Assembly: GCA_965649765.1 (NCBI GenBank)
Contig: OZ287757.1
Span: forward strand, 29,512,001 to 29,576,000
Direction: 5' to 3'
DNA: 64,000 nt
Source of the DNA: Bispira polyomma
Lineage: Eukaryota
The position numbers and the translations under genes are program-made. Of this stretch, positions 62,836 through 64,000 are shown piece by piece. Positions within the stretch are counted from its first letter, which is position 1, and every line of letters starts with the position of its first letter. The notes under the pieces were generated by a model. That model had not been told where the DNA came from, made no database searches, and saw nothing but the letters and a program-made list of their open reading frames with translations.

Positions 62836-64000
62836 CCATTAAGGAGGGTTATAAATCGCCTAACCATTCTTTAGTTGGATATTTGACTGCGAAAATATTG
62901 GGGGTGATGTAGCCCATATACAAACAATCAGTAGGATGACAGGACATATGAATTGTGAAGTGAATTGTAAAACTATTGTTCAGTCAATTGGTGCTGAAAT
63001 GCTGTACATGTGTTTGTATTCCAAAAAGTTTACTGATGTATCCACAAGTTTATTTTACCATTTTGTTACATTGAGCTCAGTCATTTACAAGATTTACAAA
63101 TCACAAGTTAAGCACAAACTGTTGCAATGTTGTTTTATCTTATAACATGCATATCTTTGTGCTTATTATGTCAATTATAAATATTAACATTGAAAGTTAA
63201 AACACTTTATGGTTATAAATCATATTTAATAATTCTAAATCTTGGTCTAAGAATGTAATATGACACTATGAAGTAATATTGAGTTCAATGTAATTGAATT
63301 TTTTTGATGTGTTTTGTGTTCTCTTTAAAAGTTCCTTATTGGTCAAATTTATTTGGTCCAGCACAATGCAGCAGTTATGTAGTATTACATTACTTTGGTG
63401 TTAACAAAAAATTACTTAACATTTATAAAATTTCAGAAAGCTATTAGCTCATGTATTCACAGCATATTTGTTTAAATGCATATTCTTGTTCACATTACAT
63501 GTATATTTTTGTTGGTTTTAAGCCAAACTATATATCTTCAGCTGTAAATTTGTTATGCAGCATTAAGGCGCCCACCCTTTGCATCAACTTAATAATTAGC
63601 TAGACTATATAATAATAAAAATAAAAAGTTGAATGATCCAGTTAGCAGAAAATTAAAAAGACATATTATCAATATTAATGAAATATATGGTTGTTATTCT
63701 ATTAAATAATAGAGTAGAAAAACTAGAAATATGCGACAAATACTGTCAATTAAAATAAAAATAAATATTTGGAAGTCAAAGTGACTAATATGGTATTAAA
63801 TAATGCCTCCCCCATGTCTGATGACACGCTGGTCCATTGAGCTGGCTTCCATGGGGGACTGGGTGTGGAATGTGTTATGCTTTTACAGTGTGGCTGGTTT
63901 AGTAGCATATATGCATTTATAACAAGCTTTGCAATTTTTTAAGTGTATTCGTATATATGTATAATTTTTTATAATTTTAAGAAGTCATCCTTTTGGCATT

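Overview
AT-rich, intron-bearing, transposon-dense animal DNA, most likely a marine invertebrate (lophotrochozoan-like SINE and LINE repertoire; inference). Host genes: a co-oriented tandem cluster of three 8-exon isopenicillin-N-synthase-like 2OG-Fe(II) dioxygenase genes. A (27589-33661) and B (36371-41472) are intact, C (52749-61582) is a pseudogene, and a dead duplicate of A's last exon follows A. A decayed C-type-lectin plus multi-PAN/apple gene lies at about 12.7-16.9 kb. Mobile DNA: three Ngaro-like tyrosine-recombinase retrotransposons (one nearly complete at 723-5228), a near full-length L2-clade LINE with a 2A-like peptide, several L2 and Tx1 fragments, an intact FLYWCH-MULE transposase, four young tRNA-derived SINEs with target-site duplications, MITEs and tandem repeats. 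There is a 130-N gap at 55209-55338. The most notable signal is an apparent retrovirus-like expression strategy in the Ngaro-like elements. An A-AAA-AAC slippery site plus stem-loop at the gag/pol junction (intact in two copies, reconstructable in the third) suggests -1 frameshifting. A phase-matched splice donor in gag and acceptor at the recombinase start would give an in-frame Gag(N)-recombinase fusion. These are sequence-based inferences and need consensus and RNA confirmation.
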